From Macrostomum lignano (taxonomy: Eukaryota): DNA of 64,000 bases. Both the position numbers and the translations under genes were made by a program. Location of the stretch: the NCBI GenBank assembly GCA_002269645.1, contig NIVC01001076.1, positions 1 to 64,000 of the forward strand, written 5' to 3'. The notes beneath the pieces were generated by a model that was given only the letters and a program-made list of their open reading frames with translations, ran no database searches and had not been told where the DNA came from. Shown piece after piece: positions 44,845-55,665 of this stretch. Every line of letters begins with the position of its first letter. The first letter of the stretch is position 1.

Positions 44845-47800
44845 ATGCCAAAAGCCAATCCAGCAAGAGATTTAGTCAACAAATATTTTTCAAAAGGTGT
44901 CTCATTTCAAGACAAAAGTAATTTACTAAGAGAAGCATGTAAACAAACGTTTAACACAGACCCTGGTCACCTGGGAAGCTATGAAAAACAGTTGGAAATC
45001 ATCAATCAATTAGAATCCAACCAGTATGCGCCTATAAAAATCCTGCAAAAGAACACCAAGAGAGGAGTCGCAACTTAGTTAACAAATATGAAACTCTCAC
45101 TGGTGAAAAAGCAAAGTACCCACAAAATAAGCAGGAACAAGAGAAATTAGAGCAATTAATCCATTTAAAAGAGTCGGAGCTTGCCATTGAAGAGATTAAT
45201 TTTGCACAGAGAAAGTTTACAGAACATTACATAGAGTACACAATCCCAATTAAGGATACCACCGCAAACATCTACGACTATAAAGACAGCATCCAATCAG
45301 TTGTTGATCACACACTCAAAACACGCAAGACCTTTAAACTACAGATATCATTCAAGATTGCGTTTTATATTCCTTCAAAACCCACTGAGCATCTCGAGTA
45401 TTACATTACAACAAAGGCGAAGCCATTCACCCCTACAGACACACTGGATCCTTTCCTTCAAGATGTCACTAAGAAAATTGAAGCGTTTACATCCAGAGGT
45501 TCCGCATGGGTCGTGGGAGGGATTCAAAGAGCGACTGTCATGGTCATGAAATATGACCCACTTAAAGCCTCCTCTTATATAGAGCTCCCGCATAAGCTAG
45601 CCGGCAAAAAAGCTTGCATAAATGTTAAAAATAAAGACAATTGCTGTGCTCTGTGGGCAGTTCTTTCTGCACTTTTTCATGATAGTGTCCCTCACCACCC
45701 CGAAAGAACCTCAAATTATCAAAATTATTTCAACTACTATCTTATCGAATGCGAAAAGAAGGGAATCAGGTTTGACAAAGGAGGCTTGGCGATCTCTCAG
45801 ATCTCAAAGCTAGAAGAAGTGTTTAATAACAAAATTAGAATCACAGTCTTTGAATGGAGTGAAAAAACTGAGAAAGTTCAACCGGTCAGATGTAGCAAAG
45901 ACGTTTTAGATCCCCGAGGGGAAAAGGCGGACTGAAGTGGATCTTCTAGTGATTGGTAATTTACTAGAGGAGGCTCACTATGTTTGGATTAAAGATCTTT
46001 CAAGACTCATTCACAAGCAGTTGAATAATCATCACGAGGCTGTTGCCATCTGCCGCTTGTGCCTTAAGCATTACAGTGGACCTGAACGCTTTGAAAAACT
46101 AACAGAGCATGAATTATCATGCGAGGATCACCCGACAAACTGCTCTCTTCCTTCAGCTGAAGAGAAGTATCTCCGGTTTAAGAACTATCACAAGATGGAG
46201 AAGCTCCCATTTGTTGTATATGCTGATTTCGAATGCTCAATCATGCCAGAAACTCAAAAACAAACTCAAACACAAAAACAAACTCAAACTCAAAAACATG
46301 TTCCCAATTCAGTAGCATATGCCTTTATTAATACAAAAGGACTTGTTGAGTATAATTATTTCTTTGGAGAGCAGTGTGTGGAGCAGTTTATTGCCAGAAT
46401 GTTAGAGTTGCAAAAAGTGATTAGCACCCTTCAACCTGTTCCAATAATGATGACTGAGGAGGATGAAAGCAATTTCCTATCAGCAACTCATTGCCACATC
46501 TGCAGGAAACATTTAACTTGCACTGATATTAAAAACCCCACCGTTAGGGACCACTGCCACTTTACTGGGAAATTTAGAGGTGCAGCGCATAACACCTGTA
46601 ATCTAAAGCTAAAATCGAACATTCATGATCTAACGATATTTTGTCACAACGCAAAGAACTATGACATGCATTTAATAGTTGAAAAAATCGGCATGATTCC
46701 AGACATACACCTTGACTGCATCGCAGAGAACAAGGAGAAGTTTAAGTGTGTTGATATTAAACAGGATAATTCGGGTAAAGGTGAAGGTTCGGGTACAGGT
46801 AAAATAAGACTGAAGGATTCATATCAATTTCTAGCTGCCAGTCTAGACGAACTAAGCAAGAATCTAAAAGATGAACAATGTACATATACAAAGATGTTTG
46901 CAAGTAAAATTTACAACAGTGATGAATCATTTAAACTCCTGAGAACCAAAGGCTTCTACCCCTATGAAAATATTACTGGGTATCACGTATTTGAAGAAGG
47001 TTTACCACCACAGGAGAAGTTCTTTTCAAAGCTAACAGACTCTGGAATCTCTGACAAAGACTATGAGCACGCGAAGCATGTCTATAATTACTTTAATTGT
47101 CAAAACTTCTTCCAGTATCACCTGCTTTACCTCTTCACAGATGTGTTTCTGCTGGCCGATGTGTTTGAAACCTTCAGATATACCTGGTACACAGCATATG
47201 GCCTCGATCCAGCACATTATGTGTCTCTGCCTGCCACTAGCTGGGAATCTTTGCTTAAAATGAAATGGGATCAAGATCCAGATTGGTACATTGAACTTCT
47301 TACAGACATTGACATGTACAATTTTGTCGAATCGTCAAAGCGAGGGGGGATCTCAATTTGCACCCATAGATATGCAAAAGCAAACAATCCCTACATTGAA
47401 TCTTACAATAAGGAGCAGCCCTCAAACTACATTACTTACTTGGACGCTAATAATCTCTACGGGTGGGCGATGAGTCAAGATCTTCCAGTTAGAGATTTTC
47501 GATGGCTACCCTCATCAGAATTCAAACGGGACTTTTCATTGGCTGCCATTTATGAAGTTGATGTTTACATTCCACCAGAGCTTCACGACTATTTCTCTGA
47601 CTTTCCACCCTTCCCAGAGAACATCAAGTGCCCGAAAATAATCGAAACTCCCAATGATAATAATGGAACTTGGCCTGTCAGGAACAGAAAAAGAACATAC
47701 AGAGAAACTAACACAGAATCTAAACAACAAGACACGTTACAAAATCCATTACAAACTGCTTCAGTATTTTATCTCACTTGGTTGCAGGGTCACCAAAGTT

Positions 47801-48714
47801 CACCGGGCTCTTACATTTACAGAGGAAGCGTGGATGAAACCCTACATTGATAAGAACACCCAGTTTAGGACCAAAGCAACCAACGACTTTGACAAGAACC
47901 TCTTTAAGTTGGCCAACAACTCTGTCTATGGCAAGACTCTTGAGAATGAGCGGAAAAGAACAAACCTGAAACTTGTTACCTCATCAGAGCCTGCTGTTAT
48001 TCAGGCAAATATGTCAAAGCCAACATTCAAAGAACTCCATATCTTTAATAGCTACTTAGGTGTGATCATATTTTACAAAACCAAGGTGACGCTGCGCAAG
48101 CCGATCTATACAGGTGTCACTGTTCTCGACGAATCAAAACGTCTGATGTACCAGTTCTTCTATGGCATGAAGCAGCAGTACAAGGATAAAATGAAACTCT
48201 TGTACACTGACACAGACAGTTTTATTATGGACATTCAAACACAAGACATTTATCAGGACATGCTGCAGCAAAAAGATTTGTTTGACTTGTCTGAGTATGA
48301 TGAATCTTGCAGGACACAGAATGGCGATCAAGTGTTTGACGCCACTAACAAGAAAGTGATTGGGAAAATGAAGGACGAGATTGCTGGTGACATAATCACT
48401 GAATTCATTGGGTTGAGAGCAAAGTCCTATTTTGTAAAATGTGAGTCGTCAGACCCAATCAAAAAATCAAAGGGAATTCCGAAACGTGTGTTAGGAAGGA
48501 AATTAATGAAGCTGAATACAGAGACGCCTTGAATTGCAACAAAAAGACATCACATGAGTTCTCAAAGCTACAATCTAAAAACCATATTATTCACACAATT
48601 CAGCAAAAGAAGATTGGACTGTCAGGTGCAGATAACAAGAGATTCATTTTTGATGACAACATTAACAGTCTACCGTTCGGGCATTGGAGATTAGGCTTAG
48701 GAGGTGGAAGTTAG
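44845..48714 (+). CDS. polB: Protein-primed family B DNA polymerase, broken by 4 apparent frameshifts (~45030, ~45935, ~47650, ~48495)
   Basis: Exonuclease VYADFE, HNAKNYDMH, LKDSYQFL; endonuclease VII-like CHIC..RDHCHFTGKFRGAAHNTCN; polymerase YLDANNLYGWAMS, KLANNSVYGKT, YTDTDS, EFIGLRAKSY; C-terminal LSGADNKR..LPFGH. Confidence 0.95.
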
Positions 48715-48789
48715 ATTCGGGCACTGGAGATTAGGAGATTAGGAGATTGGGTTTAGGTTTAAGAGAAAGTTTAATAAACCTCATAAAAA

Positions 48790-49189
48790 ATGACGACAAA
48801 TAACTTTCTTGAAGATTTGGCTAACGAACTGGAAATCCCAAACTTTAGAGGAATATTTATGAGGGACACTCTGCCTGATTTTCCTCTAAGAAAGAATGCG
48901 GCATCATGAACTTTGACACCACCGATAAGCCAGGATCTCATTGGGTTTGCTGGGTGATTGATCCCGATCGCAAGCACAAGTGTTATTACTTCGATAGCTA
49001 TGGGACGGCAGTACCAGAAGAGCTAAGAAATTATATGAAGGGGAAAAAAATAAAAAAATTTATCGCTCAGACTTTATTCTCCAAGGTCTTAGCAGTGATA
49101 TTTGCGGTGAGCTGTGCATGACTGTTTTGTATGCAATGACCAAAACACGAAAGACCTACAAGGAAATTATTCTTGGCTGTGTTTCATAG
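48790..49189 (+). CDS. Adenain-like (C5) cysteine maturation protease, 2 homopolymer frameshifts
   Basis: Reconstructed MTTNNFLEDLANELEIPNFRGIFMRDTLP..ECGIMNFD..PGSHWVCW..YYFDSYG..QGLSSDICGELC gives the His/Asp/Gln/Cys catalytic set. Confidence 0.85.
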
Positions 49190-49192
49190 GGT

Positions 49193-49906
49193 TCATTGTG
49201 CATTCCTCGTCGTCCTTCTCGTTGTCCTTCTTTCCACATAATGTTGAAGAACTTTCTCGAGTTCATTTCTCAGCTGACTCATGTCATCAGTACCGACCAT
49301 GTTCAAGTTCATTCGAATTGATTGTTCATAAAGATCCTGAATGGTTTTGAACTCATCCTCTGAAATGAACTTATCCTCGATTGCCCTTGAAATGTACCCT
49401 ATGATTGATGTGTGCACCCCTTTCTCTTTTACTTGCTTCTCCTGTAGCTGCTTTAGTTTTTTTCGCCTGTTTCGCGCTACTGCTCCAGTAATTGCTGAAA
49501 TAAGTCCACATGCAGCACCTACTGAACCAAGTGGAATTGCGATTGGGGCTGTGATGGCTGGCAACACTGAGACAGCTGCAGCAGATCCAGATAGAACAGA
49601 CACAGATCCTAGAATCATATTGCTGTAGTCGAAAAATTTACAGTGGCTGTCATAGCGCTTAATTTTCTTTGTGTTGTGAAAAATATTTTTTTCAAGATCA
49701 TCTCGCATTTTTTGAATCTCCACCAGTCGAAACTGTTGAGAGTTACAAGTAATGACGGGGTAGAGTTTTTGTTGCTCATATTGGGGTGCATTCAGATTCG
49801 GTGCCAGGTTTTGTGTGTTCGAATTCGGTGCCATTGAGTTTGGTGCTGTCGGTATTTTAGGTTCAACGTATTGAGACTGATCGTATAGAGAATTTTGTTG
49901 GGCCAT
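49193..49906 (-). CDS. Polinton membrane protein (two hydrophobic helices plus coiled coil) with N-terminal PTAP and LYP motifs
   Basis: Hydrophobic MILGSVSVLSGSAAAVSVLPAITAPIAIPLGSVGAACGLISAITGAV followed by basic RNRRKKLK; resembles the protein described in adintoviruses as gasdermin-X-like (from memory). Confidence 0.7.
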   Translation of the reverse strand: MAQQNSLYDQSQYVEPKIPTAPNSMAPNSNTQNLAPNLNAPQYEQQKLYPVITCNSQQFRLVEIQKMRDDLEKNIFHNTKKIKRYDSHCKFFDYSNMILGSVSVLSGSAAAVSVLPAITAPIAIPLGSVGAACGLISAITGAVARNRRKKLKQLQEKQVKEKGVHTSIIGYISRAIEDKFISEDEFKTIQDLYEQSIRMNLNMVGTDDMSQLRNELEKVLQHYVERRTTRRTTRNAQ

Positions 49907-49998
49907 TTTTTTCTCTAGAAAAAATAAAAAAAATTATAAAACTATCCGGTTGAAAGATCTGTTTTCTTTTTGATAATTCCATCTGCACCGCCGGTTGT

Positions 49999-50808
49999 CT
50001 AGGCGGCTCTCGTGACGCCGGAGGATCGCGAGTCCAGCAGGCAGCGGCTGGGCGGCTGACGTTTGAGAGCGTGCCGGATTACTCCGGCGGGGTCCAGAGC
50101 TCCTTCTACTCTATCTGTAGACATGACCGGACGAGCAGCAGATTCTGCTTCATCAATAGCAATATCACGAAGATTGAGTGTTCTCTCCAGACGATCAAGC
50201 CTCCTTATTATTTTACCCCAAGAGCTATACATTCCGTTTAGATAGCTACTGTGTGATACATCCTTTCTCTTTAATGCTTCAAGTCTTTCTTTGATTCGAT
50301 CATGCAACGATGTTGACTGAGTCATGAACTCTTCTAAATTCCTCACTTTACCTGTGTTGGTTGCGACGTTTTCTTTAATTCTATCATGCAACGCTGTTGA
50401 CTGGTTCATGAACTCTTCTAAATTATTTACTTTAGCTGTGTTTGTGAAAACTCCTCCTTCGAGAATACGCATCCGTCTATCAGTGGAATTTCCCAGAAGA
50501 TTAACTGATGATCTCAAGCCGTTGATTAGCGAGACTATCGAAGTTATTTCTGACCTTAGTTCATTAGTTGCGTTTAACAACGGCACATAAAGCTTATCAC
50601 TTTCAAACTTCTGCCTAGCTACTTTAAGCCTGAGATCTTCCATGTTTATTTGCAACTGGTGCATGGAGCGCTCTAGGGCTTTCAGTCTGTTTTTATTCAG
50701 TTTGATCTCTGGGATCTCTTCATCGCTGTTAATGTAGCGCTTGTCAAGGAAGGAAGTTGTGAGAGTGCTGTTGCCTGTAGTTGACTCACCTGCAAAGTTT
50801 ATCGACAT
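49999..50808 (-). CDS. Coiled-coil protein, possible fibre/spike
   Basis: Heptad pattern; internal duplication TNT(A/G)KV.NLEEFM.QST.LHDRIKE x2; N-terminal FLDKRYIN. Confidence 0.55.
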   Translation of the reverse strand: MSINFAGESTTGNSTLTTSFLDKRYINSDEEIPEIKLNKNRLKALERSMHQLQINMEDLRLKVARQKFESDKLYVPLLNATNELRSEITSIVSLINGLRSSVNLLGNSTDRRMRILEGGVFTNTAKVNNLEEFMNQSTALHDRIKENVATNTGKVRNLEEFMTQSTSLHDRIKERLEALKRKDVSHSSYLNGMYSSWGKIIRRLDRLERTLNLRDIAIDEAESAARPVMSTDRVEGALDPAGVIRHALKRQPPSRCLLDSRSSGVTRAA

Positions 50809-50824
50809 CTTTTAATAGCAAATT

Positions 50825-51625
50825 TTAAATTACAGTTCTTTTTTCTTTGCTGATAATCACAAACTGGTAAGGCTGATTCCACTTGTCATAGCAAAGATTA
50901 ACGAATTCCTCTTGTGAAATCTTTCTGCTTGAGTTTTTTGTTGGATTTATGAAATAGGCAGGCGCAATGACCTCATTGTAAAATCTTTTTAGCCTGTCCT
51001 GTGGAATGGTTGGAAACAGGAGAATCAGATTGCAGTTCCCACGAATTGTTTTGTTCGGGAGCTCGAACCAATTCTGTGCAATGTAAATTACATTGCAATT
51101 GTTATGTCGCCCTCTTGTAAAATAGTTTTCTATCTGCTTCTGTGGGCCTGTCATACAATCATCAAAGACGATCAAATGCTTTCTCCCCTTTTCTAGCTCA
51201 TCTGGTTGGGGTAGAAGTTTGGTCTTTGGATCAGCCTGTGGATCTCCATAGGTGAACACTTTAATGTTCTGCCATTTTTCATTGTCTTTGAGGTGCTTTG
51301 CATATTCAGCAGCTACAATTTCAGGGTTACTGGGAAGGCTCATTTGGTTATTAAAACATGCAATAATGTCCTCTTTGTGCAGTTTGTTTTGCAATCCAGA
51401 AATCAACATTTTATACTCATCTTGATACAGTGTGGGAGAGTAGATGTGCAGAGTGTCATAGTCGATAAAGCCAGGTCTAAGAAGCATGTTAAAGACTCTG
51501 AATGTTTTACCTGAACCTGATGAACCAACAACAATGCATCTGAAGTGACTCGGAATTGACTCGTGATGAGAAAACTTAATCTGATTACGCGTCCAGTGAG
51601 GATTGAAGTCGTTTGAAAAGTCCAT
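50825..51625 (-). CDS. A32/FtsK-like genome-packaging ATPase, intact
   Basis: Walker A VVGSSGSGKT, Walker B LIVFDD, arginine finger FTRGRH, YIAQ. Confidence 0.95.
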   Translation of the reverse strand: MDFSNDFNPHWTRNQIKFSHHESIPSHFRCIVVGSSGSGKTFRVFNMLLRPGFIDYDTLHIYSPTLYQDEYKMLISGLQNKLHKEDIIACFNNQMSLPSNPEIVAAEYAKHLKDNEKWQNIKVFTYGDPQADPKTKLLPQPDELEKGRKHLIVFDDCMTGPQKQIENYFTRGRHNNCNVIYIAQNWFELPNKTIRGNCNLILLFPTIPQDRLKRFYNEVIAPAYFINPTKNSSRKISQEEFVNLCYDKWNQPYQFVIISKEKRTVI

Positions 51626-51661
51626 TTTTTCTATGAAAAAAAAATTTAAATAATAAATAAT

Positions 51662-51808
51662 TTAGATGTGTCATTTCGGGACTTAGATGTGTCATTTTGG
51701 GACTTAGATGTGTCATTTTGGTACTTAATTGTGTCATTTCGGGACTTAGATGTGTCATTTCGGACTTAGATGTGTCATTTTGGGACTTAGATGTGTCATT
51801 TCGGGACT
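51662..51808. repeat. 21-bp tandem repeat (ttagatgtgtcatttcgggac) x7 upstream of the ATPase start
   Basis: Direct inspection. Confidence 0.93.
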
Positions 51809-51834
51809 AGTCTTGTACCCTCGGAAAGTACCCT

Positions 51835-52224
51835 TTAGTCAAATTTGAAACCACTTCCTTTTTTAATGCTAGCCCTCATCTTCTCATAGACTGCAGGGTC
51901 CACACTGTCTGGATTTGGGGCCAATGGAGCCAGCGGGGCCAGTGGAGGCTGAATCTCTTGTTTAGGTGTTACAGTATCCTTTATCTTTTTGGCTGCTGTG
52001 GCTACACTGCCAGCCGCTTCGGCAACGTTCTTGATGTTCTCTTTGTTCTCTCCAATGACCTTAAAAATCTTGGCCCCCTGAGCGATCAAATCGGCAAGAC
52101 CGTTCCCTGAGCGTTCTTTTCTTGGATAGTGGCCTGCAGGGAAAAGTCCAGATCCGCGTTTAATGAGATTAAGTTCCTCTTTGTCATAGTATTTGTCAAT
52201 GTCTTTTTCGAAAATAATTGGCAT
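51835..52224 (-). CDS. Putative virion core protein with three G-x-G motifs (likely start MPIIFEK)
   Basis: KRGSGL, RSGNGL and KKGSGF motifs; ATG at 52224 preceded by an A-run, like other genes in the element. Confidence 0.6.
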   Translation of the reverse strand: MPIIFEKDIDKYYDKEELNLIKRGSGLFPAGHYPRKERSGNGLADLIAQGAKIFKVIGENKENIKNVAEAAGSVATAAKKIKDTVTPKQEIQPPLAPLAPLAPNPDSVDPAVYEKMRASIKKGSGFKFD

Positions 52225-52240
52225 CTTTTTAAATAGAAAT

Positions 52241-53465
52241 TTATTTTTTGTTGAACCGCGAAAGCAGAAGCTCTCTCGCCCTCTTATCGATGTATTTTCT
52301 CTCAAGCATTTTATTGAGGATGTTGACAAATTCTTTTCTATTCTCATCTTTCATTCCGGTCTTTGCCGCTCCTAGAAGAACCGCTACTCGCTTGTAGATT
52401 TCAGAAATTCCTTTTCCAGTTGAGGGCGGTTGGTCTTGAGGTTGTGGAGTTGGTTGGGCTTGTGGCTGCTGGGGAGGTGATGCAAAAGACTGCTCACTTT
52501 CAGAGATGGAACTGTCATGTGGTGCCTGTCTTTGTTGAGGTGTGAAAACTCTTTGCTTGATTCTGTTCATTCGATCTGGAGAGTGTTGTTCTAAGTGTTG
52601 CCAGTCTGTCGGGTTTTGTTTCTTATATTCAGCACTTTCAAAGGGTCTAACTGCTCGAGTTGACTGAGTACTTGTTCTTCTATGGAATGTTGCTGCTGTT
52701 GTGGCGGTTGCTGTTGCTGTTGTGGTTGTTCTAGATATTTTATGACTTCCGCCTGATCTGGCAAACCGAACCATTGTTTAAAGTGCTTGTACTTTTTGAA
52801 TTTAGTCAGGTTGACACCGCTATCGTACATGTGTTTCAAACTTCTGGGACCTTTAGTATTTCTATATCTCTAACAAGAGAAAAAGTCACTAGATTTCTGT
52901 AGTTCTTTAGCTGCTTCTCAGAGATTTTCTCTTGGTTCTTGGTCATAAAAGTCAGTAAGGTGTCTGTGAAAGGAATTTTCATAGTTTCTGAGCCTTTGAC
53001 AACAGAAATATTTTCCTTATTTATGTCGATATAATATTCCACTGGTTCATTATAAATGTTTCTTCTCCACACACTTATTCCAAATACATATTTCCCATCA
53101 TGTTCTACACGCTCTACTGGTCCAAAAATTATCTGTCACTTTTAGTTCTGTTGTTGTGGTTGTGATTGTTGTGGTTGTGATTGTTGTGGTTGCGGTTGTG
53201 TCTGTGGTTGCGGCAGTATCTGTGGTGCTTCTGGAATTTTGCCCAAAACCTTTTGCACTTGGGTTTCCTGTATGTCGTCGATAGTTTCTTTGACCTGATC
53301 AATATTTTTCTTAGCTTCTCCATACCCGGGCTTATGAAACTCTGTGGCTGCTTGGACAAACTCATTGTAGGATTGTTGCTCCTTATTTATTAGCCCGGTA
53401 ACTCGTTTCTCTGCTTGTGCTAGCTTCTCCAATTCAGATATCTGCTGTGTACTTTTTCGCTTCAT
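52241..53465 (-). CDS. Gln/Pro-rich Polinton protein (about 400 aa if joined), several frameshifts
   Basis: ORFs 53142-53465, 52836-53072, 52591-52839 and 52241-52774 abut in the same direction; C-terminal GKGISEIYKRVAVLLGAAKTG..EFVNILNKML helix motif. Confidence 0.6.
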
Positions 53466-53495
53466 TTCTTATTTTATTTTATTTTTAGTTAAAAA

Positions 53496-54781
53496 ATGAA
53501 CGACCCACTGACACCAGTTTTCTACAAGATTAACAAGCCTATTTTGAGTGATAATAGCACAATCAAAGCGACTCAGGTAAGAGTTCCCAGTCAGGAAAAT
53601 CAGAATGAAACTAATCTTGGTCCTGGTCAAACACTGACATTTACATACAATGGATGTTCGTCTTTGGTTAGTGTGCACAGTCTTAAGAGCGGCTTCCATA
53701 TGACATTTCAATTCAAGACAAAGGGTGGTGCGGATGCGGCTCGTGCTAACGTTGACAAGCATGATGCGGATGTGGCTCTGATCAGTAACTTTTGGGCGTA
53801 CATGTTCAAGGAGTTTAGTGTATCGAATGGGAGCACTGAGTTGGAGCGAATCGCCAACTTTGGAATTGTCTATGACGCTCATTGTTTATCGAGAATCCTG
53901 ATTTTATTCAATTGGGAAGTGGTGCGGGTTTTATTGCAGACGAAAAAGAAGGAGATATCAATGACAGTGGTTATAAAAATAGGAAGAAGAGATACAACTA
54001 TGCATTGCAAGGTGCTGATGATGCTGCTAAGAACCCGCTGTATCGGTCTGTTGATGTATTTGTACCATTGAGATTCATGAGTGGATTCTGTAATACATTT
54101 AATCGACTGACTAGTAACTTTAGCTACACATTTAGACTGACTAGAGATGATCGCAGTAGAGTGTTGTGGACTGGGGCGGACCACACTGGGATGGCTGTGA
54201 AGCTAACCGGAATCGAGCTGTATTTGGAAGTCATTGAGCCAAAGACTGCACTAAAAGCAGACTATCTTAAGGCAATAGAGAAGGACATTGATGTTGCATA
54301 CACGGCCTACATGTGTCGAGATGAGCGAAACGAAACTAGAACAAACATCTGCATTAAAGAGGGATCATGCAGCAATCCAAGGTATATCATTATTAACATG
54401 AGAAACCCAAATAGCATTATACGCTACATGCATGGAGACGTGCGGTCCATTCAGCATGAAATCAGTGATAATCTTTACCCTGCACTGCCACAAAATGGAG
54501 ATTTCAGTCAGAACAAGATTAGCAAATTTTACAGCGAGTTGGTCGACTTGGCTGTGAAAGAGAACAATGGAATTGCTATCACTGCTCTTCAATATGGAAC
54601 TCTATATCCGATGTTTGGCGCTGATGTGTCTGCCAGACAAATGCCTACTGATAACAGCCCTGTGAATATCGTGACTAACATTGAAAGGACTGCCGCAACA
54701 CCCGTGGACCTGTACATTGTCTATGCATTTGAGAGGAAGGTGAAGCTTAACATGATCAACAATTCATCCAGTAAAGTTTAA
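53496..54781 (+). CDS. Major capsid protein (double jelly-roll, hexon-like), 1 frameshift near 53880
   Basis: About 428 aa when joined; beta-rich; DVFVPL..MSGF, PRYIIINMR, YPALPQNGDF, LYPMFGADVS motifs; located upstream of the penton candidate. Confidence 0.8.
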
Positions 54782-54801
54782 ATATTTTTTTAGGACAAAA
54801 A

Positions 54802-55665
54802 ATGGAAGCTATAGCCGAAAGACTAAACAACATTGTTTCACACTCTAAGGAGAGCATTCCTATTACAATAACCGGGCGAATTAATGACTCAAACGGGATA
54901 TTTGTTGAAAAATTAGAGCAGGCGATTCGCCTGGATCCAGGTGCTAATTACCATGTCTATCTTAACGACTTTACTGGTTGGTCAAACGTTCCCAATGTGA
55001 TGGCAGCAAATAATAAGTTTTATTACAAATGGAAAGGTGCAGCAGCAGACCCTGTGGTATTCCATGTGAGCACGCAAAGTGTGGATACCTACAATAACTT
55101 TCTAGAAAATGTCTTTACTAAGAGAGGCCATTTTGAGACACCTGATGCGAGTAAGCCAGAGAAGAAACTGTTCCCTGTCAAACTAACCTATGATCTCACT
55201 GTAATGAGAGTGGTCATGCAAGTTCACAAAGATGCGGAGGTTGAGTTTAAAGATGACACTTGGTATAGGGAACTGGGATTCGAGAAGAAAGTTTATAAGG
55301 CAGAATCCGCGGCGCGGACCGCCACTCAAGCATCGGGGACTGTTACAATGGTCCGGGAAAGTGTACGCGGTTTGTTCTTAGCACCCAATATAGCAGACAT
55401 TGTAAAGGGTTTGAATATTCTAATCAGAAGCAATCTCAGTCTTGATTGGGTATTTAAGGGAAAGCGAACGAATATTTTGTACAACATCTCCAACTCTGTT
55501 GCTGGAGGACAGATGGTGGTAGAGAAACCAAATCCAGTGAAAAGAGTTGTATTGAGTAATAAGGAGATTCACGAGATTGTGCTACAGTTTGAGACTGAAG
55601 ATGGGATGGGTGTTGATTTCAACGGTGAAGAGTTTGTATTGACGTTGATCATTGAGAGAATGTAA
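54802..55665 (+). CDS. Minor capsid protein (penton-like single jelly-roll), intact
   Basis: IRLDP...V.LNDF.GW.NVPNV..ANNKFYY, LIRSNL, NILYNI, I.LQFETEDG..VDFNGE...LTL; size and position fit. Confidence 0.8.
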   Translation: MEAIAERLNNIVSHSKESIPITITGRINDSNGIFVEKLEQAIRLDPGANYHVYLNDFTGWSNVPNVMAANNKFYYKWKGAAADPVVFHVSTQSVDTYNNFLENVFTKRGHFETPDASKPEKKLFPVKLTYDLTVMRVVMQVHKDAEVEFKDDTWYRELGFEKKVYKAESAARTATQASGTVTMVRESVRGLFLAPNIADIVKGLNILIRSNLSLDWVFKGKRTNILYNISNSVAGGQMVVEKPNPVKRVVLSNKEIHEIVLQFETEDGMGVDFNGEEFVLTLIIERM

